This document shows positions 11,821 through 21,744 of a stretch of 39,143 nt of DNA, piece by piece. Both the position numbers and the translations under genes were made by a program. Under the pieces are notes generated by a model that worked only from the letters and a program-made list of their open reading frames with translations, did no database searches and was not told where the DNA came from. Position 1 is the first letter of the stretch. Each line of letters begins with the position of its first letter. The stretch is from Trichomonas gallinae (Eukaryota), in the NCBI GenBank assembly GCA_008369845.1, contig MRSU01010341.1, positions 1 through 39,143 on the forward strand, in the 5' to 3' direction.

Positions 11821-12930
11821 ATGTCCGCCGAGCGACTGAAATCTCTCGTCGAGCAAGGGAATCTAATCAATTTAAATATAGTTTCAGATTCATTAGGCAC
11901 ACTTCTACACGAAATTACTGCGATGCTTGTCGACCAGCAGCGACAAATTAACCAAATTAACAAAGATCTTGAAGGTAAATTAGAAACAAAAGATTTCAAT
12001 AGCTTTTCCAACCAATGGAGATCAGACAGAGATGTTTTACTACGTTCTTTTCCAAACTTTGAAGCAACAATTCAAAAAGTTATCAAAGATGTTGATCATA
12101 AAAACGAAGAACTTCGTGAACACATCGAAACATCAGTCGATCAAGTACTTATGTCAGTAGATACAAGAATTATCGAGAAATTAGGCGATGGAGAATCAGA
12201 TATGGTTGTTCTCCAATCTAGAATTGATCAGCTTGAGCAGAAATTCAAAGCAAACGGTGCAGCTGTACCAAAAGCAGATTTTGATCAAGTTAAAAAGAGA
12301 TTATTAAAAGTGGAAAGCGATTTAACAGTTGTTGCTCATCCTAAATTCGATACTACCATCATTGACAAGTTTAAAGATGAAATGCAGAAGAAATTCGATG
12401 AATTAAATACGAAAGTTGAAACAAGGCTTATTCCTTCAGATGAGTTCACGCCAAACGCGGATTCACCATCTGACCCATCAGCACCTAATGGAAAATCAGA
12501 GAAAGGAGCAGATGGCAAAATAGAAAAACAAGTTGAAAATGCAGACGAATTGAGCAAGAAAATAGAAGCTATACAAGCGAAGATAGAAGAAATTAGTAAG
12601 ACAGCAATAACAAAGAATTCATGGAATCAAGAGGTTGGCCTTGTAGAAAGAATGTTTGAAAAAATGCGAACAATTGTCACTTCTCTTCGTGACGAAGTTA
12701 GTTCATCTTTGGATAAATTTGGTCAATGCGTCACTAAAAATGAAATGCAAGCATTTGTTGAAAATATTATTATCGATTATCTAGAAAAGAATGAAAGCGT
12801 GTCTTCTCCACCGCTTAAATGCGTCAATTATGGGCCAGGGAACTCGCCGCAGAATAGAAAACGATCAGCAAGTCAAACACAAGAAAATACTTCTACTTTA
12901 CCGGTTCTTTTAGTGCCCAGACGACAATGA
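11821..12930 (+). CDS. Hypothetical coiled-coil protein
   Basis: 369-aa ORF rich in E/K/L heptads, with no recognisable catalytic motif. Confidence 0.75.
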   Translation: MSAERLKSLVEQGNLINLNIVSDSLGTLLHEITAMLVDQQRQINQINKDLEGKLETKDFNSFSNQWRSDRDVLLRSFPNFEATIQKVIKDVDHKNEELREHIETSVDQVLMSVDTRIIEKLGDGESDMVVLQSRIDQLEQKFKANGAAVPKADFDQVKKRLLKVESDLTVVAHPKFDTTIIDKFKDEMQKKFDELNTKVETRLIPSDEFTPNADSPSDPSAPNGKSEKGADGKIEKQVENADELSKKIEAIQAKIEEISKTAITKNSWNQEVGLVERMFEKMRTIVTSLRDEVSSSLDKFGQCVTKNEMQAFVENIIIDYLEKNESVSSPPLKCVNYGPGNSPQNRKRSASQTQENTSTLPVLLVPRRQ

Positions 12931-13134
12931 CACACAGATTTAGTTGAATTTTGAATTGTTTTTATTTGTATATTAAAATATTTCGAAAATAATTTTTATT
13001 TGCTTTTAAATCAAATTACTCGAAAGATATGAATCCTGTTTGATTATATGTTCACGTTTTAAACATTGTTGTTAAGAATATTAAATTGTTTAATTTTGAT
13101 TAACAGATTTTGAATGAAATTTCACATAAAAAGC

Positions 13135-14172
13135 TTATAGAACTGTCTTGATAAGCGGATCAACGTTAGCAAGAATGGTTTCACGAGTAACTAAACAAGT
13201 TGGATTTTTGACTGAGCCTTTAACGAGACCTGGGTAGTCACAGAGCTGATCAAAGACTCCCTTTATATCAGTGTAAGGCTCAAGCTGTTTTTCGGCGATG
13301 ATACTCGTGAATTTCTTTGTCCAACTTTTTCCGGTCAAAAAGATTGAGACAAGAGCAATCTGTTGGTAGAGTGGTAAATCAAAACGCATGGTCGTTGGCG
13401 TAGGATGAGTTAAAAGCGTAATCATCTCTTTGAGAGTAATTGTTTTAATTCCTTCTTGAATGGCTGCTGTAAGAACTGTTGAAAGTCTTGAAATTGCTGC
13501 TCTAGCGTCACCTCTGTCTTTCTCAACTGTTTTTGCGAGATGCTCAAGCGCGCGTTCCTGCAAATTGTCACAAGGTCCTCCAATTCTTTCTGTAAGGATT
13601 CTGCATAATTCATCGTGCTTGTAACTGTTGAACTTAAGCTGCTGAACGCTAAGACCGCCTGATTTTTGAAGGACTGTATTATCTTCATGCGCATTACTGA
13701 TGCAGATGAGGCTGTACTTCATCCTGATGCTGTTTGAAGCGATTTCGGCAAAGTCTGGATATGATTCAACCTCATCAAGAACGAGAATAATCGGAATTTC
13801 TTGTCCTTGCTTGAAAAGTTGAACTTTCTCAGTTTTACAGTTGACGAATTTGATGTATTGAGCGATGCTAGATACTTGAATGGAGTATTTAACACAGGCT
13901 GTTTTGCCTGTTCCTGGATTTCCAGAAATGAATAAAATTCCTGGATTTTCGTTTGTTGCCTGTTTTGGCTTACGGCCTTTCATGTGGATGTCGTGGATTG
14001 GTTTGGTTCCATCATATGCCGAGTTGATAAATTCGATAATCGTATTAATCTCATTTTCTCTGCATGGCAATGAATTATTGAAGTAGTCCTGATTTAAGTT
14101 ATCGAGGAGTGTTTCAATGGACGAATTTGTGTTCGATGTTTGTAAAGAGTCAACAGATTTGAGCAAAGACAT
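13135..14172 (-). CDS. Cdc6/Orc1-like AAA+ ATPase (reduced, 345 aa)
   Basis: Motifs LPCRENE, Walker A ISGNPGTGKT, VNC, Walker B LVLDEVE, sensor-1 ISN, FNSY..DEL..IL..R and sensor-2 GDAR. The start was moved to ATG 14172, which follows a TCATT initiator at 14179-14183. Confidence 0.85.
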   Translation of the reverse strand: MSLLKSVDSLQTSNTNSSIETLLDNLNQDYFNNSLPCRENEINTIIEFINSAYDGTKPIHDIHMKGRKPKQATNENPGILFISGNPGTGKTACVKYSIQVSSIAQYIKFVNCKTEKVQLFKQGQEIPIILVLDEVESYPDFAEIASNSIRMKYSLICISNAHEDNTVLQKSGGLSVQQLKFNSYKHDELCRILTERIGGPCDNLQERALEHLAKTVEKDRGDARAAISRLSTVLTAAIQEGIKTITLKEMITLLTHPTPTTMRFDLPLYQQIALVSIFLTGKSWTKKFTSIIAEKQLEPYTDIKGVFDQLCDYPGLVKGSVKNPTCLVTRETILANVDPLIKTVL

Positions 14173-14189
14173 TTTTTGAATGAGAATTT

Positions 14190-14201
14190 TTTCCCGCCAA
14201 A
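14190..14201 (-). promoter_or_regulatory. E2F/DP-type site TTTGGCGGGAAA
   Basis: TTTCCCGCCAAA on the + strand, 18-29 bp upstream of the Cdc6/Orc1-like ATG. It matches TTTSSCGC on one strand and nearly on the other. Confidence 0.55.
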
Positions 14202-14501
14202 TTATTTGGCACTTTACATGGCAAAATTCAAAAACAAATAATAAAGGGTTTAACATTTTAAATTAGGGGATAGATGACGAATAATCAAATTTACATGACA
14301 AATTAATTGAAAAATAATTAATTTACACGACAGATTAAATTAGTAAATACAGAAAATCAGAGACGGCTTCATAAAACCCGTTTGAGACATTTATCTTCTG
14401 AATATACTCATGATCAACATTGAAGAATCATCTCTTTATATTCCATAACTTACTTAGTAGTTTTAGTAAATGATCTTTTAAGAGGATTTTCAAGAAAAAA
14501 T

Positions 14502-14539
14502 ATTTTTGTCATGTAAATGCAATTTTACATGACAAAAAT
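14502..14539. repeat. Perfect 16-bp inverted repeat built on the TTTACATGACA element
   Basis: ATTTTTGTCATGTAAA-tgcaat-TTTACATGACAAAAAT. Confidence 0.9.
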
Positions 14540-14610
14540 GTGTTAAATGGGGGTTTGAATTTTAGTTTGGTGCCCAAATTTACAAAATAATCGTCGCAAG
14601 AAAATAACGG

Positions 14611-15729
14611 ATGTCTACAGCGCCCCCAACAGCAACTCAAGGGCGAAGCCAGCCGATAAAGACCACAAACAATTTATCACCGACTAACAAGCCAAAGACA
14701 GCCCAGAAGAAAACAATCAGTCAATCACAGCTCGATGGATCAACATTTAGATTATCAAAACCGCCAAAAATCAGATCTACAATTACTCCACAAAGTGAAA
14801 CATACGAGAAATACTCGACACGCTATTTTCGAGATCATCCAGAAGAAGATGACGATCTTCGCGATCCAAAGGAGAAATTAATGGAAATTGACGGATTAAT
14901 CACAGATGATACCGAAGGAGATGAGCTGTTCAATCTTCTTGTCAAGCAGAAATGCCTTAGATCGATGATTTATGGTGAATTTTCACAACAAGTAGTTAAC
15001 AGCTTGGTATCAATTGGAAACTATTATCAGAAGACAGATAGACCAAGGAGTGCAATTCGTCATTTCCAGAATGGGCGTGAAATCGGAAAAGCTACAGAGT
15101 TAACAGGTGAATCAAAAGCAGAACTCAGTGTTGGAATGGCAGAATCATATTTCTCGATGAAGGATCAAGGAAAGAAGAATATTACATCAGCAAAATCAGC
15201 TTTGGCTGATGCAACGAATATTGAAATTGAAAAATCAGCTCTAAAGTTCAGAAGAGATCACTTGGTTGCTCAAATTGCCCATTATAACCACGAAGAAACA
15301 GCTTGTGATGCTTATGTTACAGCTGAAAAGACTTTAATTGACGGTTGCTTAGATGACGACAACTTAGAAACAGCAGAATTCTATTTAGAAGCTGCTCAGT
15401 GCGCACGCGAGTGCAACAACGTCGAAATTACAAACAAATTCGCCAAAGAAGCTGCAAAAAGATTTGGTCAACTTGAAAATACAGAAAAGCAACAAGAAGC
15501 CGAAGCCTTGGTTATTGTTCAAGAAGATGAAGAAGAGCATCATGAAAATTCTCCTGAAGGTGACAATCAAAACGAAGAAAATCAGAATCAAGAAAATGTG
15601 GACCAGAAAGAACTCAATTCTAAGGGTGAAGAAGAGCAACAAAACGAAGAGGAGCAAAAGAACGAAGAAAGACCAACTAGCTTCGCATTAAGCCAAGTAA
15701 TTCAAGAAAAAGTTGATGATGAATTGTAA
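14611..15729 (+). CDS. Hypothetical protein with TPR-like helical repeats and an acidic tail
   Basis: 372 aa. Helical segments such as IYGEFSQQVVNSLVSIGNYY...AIRHF and AELSVGMAESY are TPR-like. The N-terminus is S/T/K/P-rich and the C-terminus is E/Q/N-rich. Confidence 0.6.
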   Translation: MSTAPPTATQGRSQPIKTTNNLSPTNKPKTAQKKTISQSQLDGSTFRLSKPPKIRSTITPQSETYEKYSTRYFRDHPEEDDDLRDPKEKLMEIDGLITDDTEGDELFNLLVKQKCLRSMIYGEFSQQVVNSLVSIGNYYQKTDRPRSAIRHFQNGREIGKATELTGESKAELSVGMAESYFSMKDQGKKNITSAKSALADATNIEIEKSALKFRRDHLVAQIAHYNHEETACDAYVTAEKTLIDGCLDDDNLETAEFYLEAAQCARECNNVEITNKFAKEAAKRFGQLENTEKQQEAEALVIVQEDEEEHHENSPEGDNQNEENQNQENVDQKELNSKGEEEQQNEEEQKNEERPTSFALSQVIQEKVDDEL

Positions 15730-17720
15730 GATACTAAAAAACTGTTATATTTTTATTTATATCCAACTAATCCCTATATTTTGACTCCTTACAAGCCAAA
15801 ACACAAATTTGTAATCGGACTCGATCATTTTCAAGAAAGATACTTCGCCAAAAATGTAGCGTAGAAATCGGGCTAGTATCTACCCATGATATAGATCTTA
15901 CCCTTAAGATATCTAAGAGGTTCATAAGGGCGTTTTTGAGTTTTTGATAATTCAATTTCACAAATCTAACAAACAAAGCTACCCATGTAAACTTTATAAA
16001 GAATTCCATGTAATATGAGATTTTGAATCAAGAAAAATAACAGTTACTGTTTAAATAAAAATTTTGAGATAATCATCTAAGTATTTAGGCATGTCATTAA
16101 GAACTTTATTTCTGCAGTCATTTTTTGCAATTAAAAGTTGTCAAAAACTGATTTTATGAAAATGAATAATCAGCATATCTCAAATACGTTTTAATAATCA
16201 AATATATATAGGTTAATTGTATGTAAAATACACGTTTATTGATACTTTGTGTTGTACTTTAGCGTAAATAATATAAATTGTGGAAAAAAGAATGATTTTT
16301 TTGGCATCATATTAATAACTTGGATATATATGCGGAGTGAATGAAGTGTTAATGGATTTATATCGTATTCGATTGGTGCTGCTGTGTTAAAAATGCAAGT
16401 TTTCAAAAATATGTTACGAATAATCTGAATTGATTTAGCTAGGTTCGAAACAATATAATAGATATTGTTATCCATGCCACATTAACGTGTTTGTGTGTGT
16501 TAAACGGAGATTGTTGCCCTTTTTTCCTGTGTGCTAAGTTAATATATGAAAATAAACGAATAAAAAAACACATTTTTATTCTCGATTTTTTTGAAATTTT
16601 ATTTTTTTTGCTTTAAAAATCTTGAATTTTCGAACTTTTATATATACAGATATGGTTTATTTTAGCCATTGAATATGGGCATAACAATAAAAATAGGAAA
16701 TACTATGTACATGAAAATAAATTTTAAATTTTAGTGTTGTAGAATAAATCAATATATTAATGTATAATATATCGGATGGTATAATGGGAATGTAATAATT
16801 TTAAGGAGTTATAAACGTGGAATGACGCTGAACCTAGCAGAATTTCATCTCGATCTTCTGATTTCTTTCTGTTGGATGGCGTACAGACACGATAATTGTA
16901 TTTTAATCTCCGAATTACACTTGTTTATGGATCGTTTTATGTATTTCATCAGATTATTTTGAAAAACCAAAGTTTTTATTAAGATCTGTGCAATAAAAGG
17001 ACAAATTATAAGTCGAATTTTTAATAAAAGAGCATAATTCGCTGTTTCTTGTTTGTTTAAAATACGACTTTCTATATTTTGATGGAATAATTTATGACTT
17101 TGATAAATTATTGCGTAATGTTTCTAAGTTTCTTCAATATTGAGTTTTAAATTGTCAGAAAATGATATTCTTTGACTTTATGTCGATCAATAGTTAAGAG
17201 TACCTTACGTTGTCTCAGCATTTTAACTTAATGACACGTTTTCTCCAAAATGCCCTTTTGAGGTTTAATTATGCTGATCACGTACATGTATACTATGAGT
17301 CTGCTAGGGTTACATCAAAAGTTCTGTGCTACATTTTTTGTTCCAGAATTTCGAATTTTTTGCCCTATTTTTTCCCGTGGATATCGAGGTGTTATTGAAA
17401 AATAGAAGGTTTGGCTATGATGATATAGCGCAATTACGATATCAGTTTTATATCTAATAATTTTTTTGCAAAAAATTTGATTCTGTGGCTGAAAGCTATA
17501 TATGTCATGAAGACACTATTATATTATGCTTTTGATCCATAGAGAATTCTCTAGCTCTTGAAATGGGAACTTTGCCTTCATGAAAATTCTTCCGAGATTT
17601 TATGTTAAATAACGAATTTTTTGCCAAAGTACCTTTTTTCAAGTTCTCCCATCATATATAATTAATATATAATGTCAATGGATATGATATAATATTGTTT
17701 TAATACATATTTAATATTTT

Positions 17721-17895
17721 TGTCAAATAAACAATTTTACTTGTCAAATATATATTTTTTTGCAATATAAATAGTTTTACATGTCATTGATATAGCATTT
17801 TTGCCATATAAATAATTTTACAGGTCATAATTATTAAAATATCTGTCATATAAACTATTTTACACGACACAATATTGATATTAATGACATGTAAA
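17721..17895. repeat. Array of 4.5 palindromic ~26-bp units at ~41-bp period
   Basis: Units start at 17721, 17761, 17802, 17844 and 17885. Consensus is TGTCATATAAA-N4-TTTACATGTCA, with 14-16-bp dissimilar AT-rich linkers. Confidence 0.85.
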
Positions 17896-17962
17896 ATAAT
17901 GTTCGTCAAAAATTTTGGTTGAGGATTCAATCCGTCAGAGTATCCTCACAAAAATATAAAAC

Positions 17963-18580
17963 ATGTTAGCACCCTTCGCTGATAAGCTTGAGAAGATGAA
18001 AATCATCCTCGGATCACAGAGCCCACGCCGCCGTGAGTTGCTTGGTGGAATCATCAAGAAGTTCGAGATCATTCCTTCAGAATTCGACGAATCAACAATC
18101 AACAAGTTAGATTTCCCAGATCCAAAGGACTTCGTCTTAGTCCAGTCACAGAAGAAGGCAGAGGAACTCGCAAACCGTATCGGTGACGCTGACATTGTCA
18201 TTACAGCAGATACAATCGTCGCAATTGACGGCAAGATTCTTGGCAAACCACACACACACGAGGTCGCCTACCAGATGATTAGTGAATTGAGCGGTCGCTC
18301 ACATCATGTTATCACTGGTGTTCACGTTGCTTTCCCGAAGCTCAAGAAAGCAGTCTCCTTCACAGAGACAACATTAGTTATCTTCGACGAACTCCCAGAA
18401 CCAGTCATCAAAGCTTATGCAGACAGCGATGATCCACTCGATAAGGCTGGCTCCTACGGCTACCAGTCTGGTGCCATGTCTCTTGTCAAGAAGATCGATG
18501 GTGACTATTTCAATGTTGTTGGCCTTCCTGTTCATCACCTTGCTCGCGAGATCTACAAAGTCTTATCCGAATCCCAGTAA
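17963..18580 (+). CDS. maf: Maf-family nucleotide pyrophosphatase, YhdE (dTTP/UTP) subtype
   Basis: Motifs LGSQSPRRRELL, ADTIV, GKP, DKAGSYGYQ and NVVGLP. A TCACA initiator-like site lies upstream and the stop is in a TAAA context. Confidence 0.92.
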   Translation: MLAPFADKLEKMKIILGSQSPRRRELLGGIIKKFEIIPSEFDESTINKLDFPDPKDFVLVQSQKKAEELANRIGDADIVITADTIVAIDGKILGKPHTHEVAYQMISELSGRSHHVITGVHVAFPKLKKAVSFTETTLVIFDELPEPVIKAYADSDDPLDKAGSYGYQSGAMSLVKKIDGDYFNVVGLPVHHLAREIYKVLSESQ

Positions 18581-18728
18581 AAAGCAAAATATTACATCAT
18601 TATAATTTTGATCCTTAATTTTTGTTAATAAAGCATGTTATTTTCACTACCAAATTTATTTTCTTTTTCTTATTTCCAAAAAGAGAAAAGCAATTATTTG
18701 AATAACAATCATAAAACTCTATATTTAT

Positions 18729-20222
18729 TTACTTTCCGTTGGCTGCAGGAACTGGTTCGTCAACAAATTCTTTCATTGCTTTTTCAACTTTAGCAGCTTG
18801 AAGAATTTCGTGTTCCCACTGTCCTCTCCTGTTTAAGAACGCGTCTATTCTCAACGAGCGCCAAATATTCGGTGCTTTATCTTTCATATTTGAATCAACT
18901 AAAATTCCGCAGATATCGATCTTGCAATCCATGTCACCGGACTTGAATGCATCTTCTACGATGAAAGATCCGATTCTATCGCTGGAAATCTGTGGAATTA
19001 TAGGTGTTAATTTTCTAATTAATTTTCCTTTCGCGCCAGGCTTAATTGTTGTGGATTTGAGGTATTCGGTAACAATATATGAACCATTCTTGTTGAGGCA
19101 AAGGTCACGAAGCTTGTCTTCTGTCATTTCTAGTAAAGCACCAACAATTGCATCAGCTTGTTTCTGTTCGAAGCGGCAGACAGACTGAAGGATCATTGCA
19201 CCAGACTTCTGGCCCCTAATGCTAAGCAGTGCATCAATGAGATTCTTTCCATTCTTGAGTTTGTTTAATTCTTGAATAATTTTATCCTGATTAAGCTTAA
19301 GACGAGCGGCTGCGTTTGCGAGAGCATTGATAACTTCTGGGCGCTCATCGATTAATGTAGAGAAATTTGGGAGAAGCTGATCGCAAATTCCTGGAAAATA
19401 ATCTTTAGGTGTATTTTCAATGAAACGCTGCAAAACAAAGTTTGCATTTCTATCTCTTGCGCAGTGTAATGCATCTGTCTTGAAAACAGCCTCGAATAAA
19501 GCTTTCTTTGGTTCGTCGATATTTAATTTGAGAATTTCTTCGATTAAATGTGATGAAGACTTATCTCTAATAGAATCGAATGTGAATGGAACAGATCTAG
19601 CGAGATAACTAAGAAGTTTTGGATATTTTTCGTTATCTAATGTACAAATCGTCTGAACAACAGCAGAAAAGTGTGGAGATCTAGTATAATCTGGTGTTTT
19701 AACCATTGCTTGAATGACTTGACGACATAATTTATCTATGTGTTGATTTAATGACTTAATTCCGCCAAAATTCGTTATGATACAGCGAACAACATGGGAA
19801 CCATACTTATCTTCGCTAAGTTCAACAGCATATGTACGCATTTCACCTAAAATTGTTGCAAATAATTCTTGAAATGTTGGTACAAAATCTTTTGAGTTAA
19901 TGTATTGTGCGCATTGTACGAAAAGGTTCTCAACACTGTGTGAACTGCACGCGTCGAAGCACAATTCATACATGTGCCTGCTGAAAGCAAGCAACAAGTG
20001 GTGCAATGACTCTACAGGGCATTCAGCGATGTATTTATCTAAGAATCTCGATGCTGTTTTATGTGTTGCAACTAAAACTTCTTTTCCTTCCAATTGCTGA
20101 TTAATTGGACCGAAAAAATCTTCAGCTGCATCTGTACCTTTAACAGTCGCGTATGCTTCCATAGCACGCGCAAAGAAATCAGCTTGTTCCTGGTTAAGAT
20201 GTGGTTTTCTTTCACGTTCCAT
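18729..20222 (-). CDS. NOP9: Nop9-like Pumilio-repeat nucleolar protein
   Basis: Divergent PUF repeats SSHSVENL, YGSHVVR, SSHLIE, NANFVLQRF, NGSYIV and IGSFIVE. The first ATG is at 20222 (the ORF track starts at a GTG). Confidence 0.78.
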   Translation of the reverse strand: MERERKPHLNQEQADFFARAMEAYATVKGTDAAEDFFGPINQQLEGKEVLVATHKTASRFLDKYIAECPVESLHHLLLAFSRHMYELCFDACSSHSVENLFVQCAQYINSKDFVPTFQELFATILGEMRTYAVELSEDKYGSHVVRCIITNFGGIKSLNQHIDKLCRQVIQAMVKTPDYTRSPHFSAVVQTICTLDNEKYPKLLSYLARSVPFTFDSIRDKSSSHLIEEILKLNIDEPKKALFEAVFKTDALHCARDRNANFVLQRFIENTPKDYFPGICDQLLPNFSTLIDERPEVINALANAAARLKLNQDKIIQELNKLKNGKNLIDALLSIRGQKSGAMILQSVCRFEQKQADAIVGALLEMTEDKLRDLCLNKNGSYIVTEYLKSTTIKPGAKGKLIRKLTPIIPQISSDRIGSFIVEDAFKSGDMDCKIDICGILVDSNMKDKAPNIWRSLRIDAFLNRRGQWEHEILQAAKVEKAMKEFVDEPVPAANGK

Positions 20223-20851
20223 TCTGCCTAAAATTTGTTTATTGAAGAGAGACACTTTTGATGTATCTCTTTTCCTACCCTATAATATCGAGTGTAAATA
20301 CCAAAAATATATACTACTCTAAGTATATAGGAATAGATAGTCTATATAATCATTTTGGTTCTTATAGATTATGTTATTTTCGTGATTTTATATTACGATG
20401 AAATTATATTTTTGACGTGTAAATAATATAAAATGACACTTGTCAAGAATATCGAAACTAAATTCCCTTTTTAGAACAATCTAATTCATTAACAATATGT
20501 ACAACTTCGAATATATAACTATTATAAATAGTTAAATATATACTACGCTTAAATTTATCTCTAACTCATTTCTAATATATATTTTTCATATGATTTTTAA
20601 AATAGCGACGATAGAAGTTTATTTGGCCAGAGACAAAAAAGGAAAATTAGAGGAAATTGTTAGTTGTTATGAGATAGTTAAAGAAATTAAATAAAAATAT
20701 TCTGTGGTTTACATATTGATTTGAGAAATTTACAAATAGATATTGATGTGTATGAATAAATATGCAAAATATGAGATTTTGGAAGCATATGTAAACTATT
20801 CAAAATGAAGCCACGGCGACGATTATTTTCGATTGAATCTTGTGAATGGAT

Positions 20852-20856
20852 CCTTT
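20852..20856 (+). promoter_or_regulatory. Trichomonad core-promoter motif 5 (CCTTT), typical of ribosomal-protein genes
   Basis: TCCTTTT lies about 12 bp upstream of the RPL23 ATG, and no TCATT initiator is present there. Confidence 0.6.
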
Positions 20857-20867
20857 TCTATCTCGCA

Positions 20868-21290
20868 ATGACAAAGCGCGGTCGTACAGGTCAGCAGGGC
20901 ACAAAGTTTGCCATGACAGAGGGTCTTCCAGTCGGTGCAGTCATCAACTGCTGCGATAACTCTGGTGCCAAGAACATGTTCATCATCTCCGTTCGTGGAC
21001 ACAAGGGCCGTCTTAACCGTCTCCCAGCCGCCTCTGTTTCCGATCTTATTGTTGTTACATGCAAGAAGGGTAAACCAGCTCTCCGCAAGAAAGTCTCAAT
21101 GGGCGTCGTCGTCCGCCAGCGCGCTATCTGGCGCCGCAAGGATGGTGTCGTCATCGGTTTCCAGGATAACGCCGGCGTTATCATCAACGAGAAGGGTGAA
21201 ATGAAGGGCTCCGCTATCACAGGTCCAGTCGCTAAGGAAGCTGCTGAACTTTGGCCAAAGGTTGCCTCCGTCGCCCCAGCCGTTTTCTAA
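20868..21290 (+). CDS. RPL23: 60S ribosomal protein L23 (uL14)
   Basis: Motifs [58 protein letters not shown]. The real start is MTKRGR at 20868. The stop is in a TAAA context. Confidence 0.97.
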   Translation: MTKRGRTGQQGTKFAMTEGLPVGAVINCCDNSGAKNMFIISVRGHKGRLNRLPAASVSDLIVVTCKKGKPALRKKVSMGVVVRQRAIWRRKDGVVIGFQDNAGVIINEKGEMKGSAITGPVAKEAAELWPKVASVAPAVF

Positions 21291-21344
21291 AGGAATGGTA
21301 CCTTTATATTAGATTTTTATCAATTTTTTTTACAAAATCGAAAT

Positions 21345-21650
21345 CTCAAATCTTTAATATTCATAATAATCTAATCAAATCCAATGAATCCATAGCTTAT
21401 TTCTTTATAATATTTCCCATATCTCAAAATTATATAATATCGAAATTTTATTTCTTCTAAAATAACTTCAAATCATTAATATTCATAATAATACAATCAA
21501 ACACCATGAATCCATAGCTTATATCTTTATAATATTGTGCATATTTCAAAATTTAATTTTTCTTACAAAACAACACTAAATCTTTTATATTTATAATAAT
21601 CCAATCAAAAACTATGAATCTATTGCTTATTTTTTGTATCTTTTCACATA
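21345..21650. repeat. Three degenerate tandem copies of a ~110-120-bp AT-rich unit
   Basis: AAATC.TT.ATATT.ATAATAAT..AATCAAA...ATGAATC.AT.GCTTAT recurs, with ATGAATC at 21384, 21506 and 21613. Confidence 0.8.
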
Positions 21651-21744
21651 ATTTAATTTTGATAAATATAATGTAAAGAGAGATGTTAATAAAAACGTTC
21701 AATTTAAATAATAATAAAAATAACGTAATTAATCAAAAACAATC

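Noticed and set aside
16547..16560. Trichomonad intron 3' motif (ACTAACACACAG) look-alike, ACTTAGCACACAG on the - strand
   Set aside because: The branch-point ACTAAC is not intact, and the downstream 79-aa ORF is closed by an in-frame stop just upstream of its ATG.
17721..17895. CRISPR array (palindromic repeats with unique spacers)
   Set aside because: The context is eukaryotic with no cas genes. The repeats are too degenerate and the 14-16-bp spacers too short.
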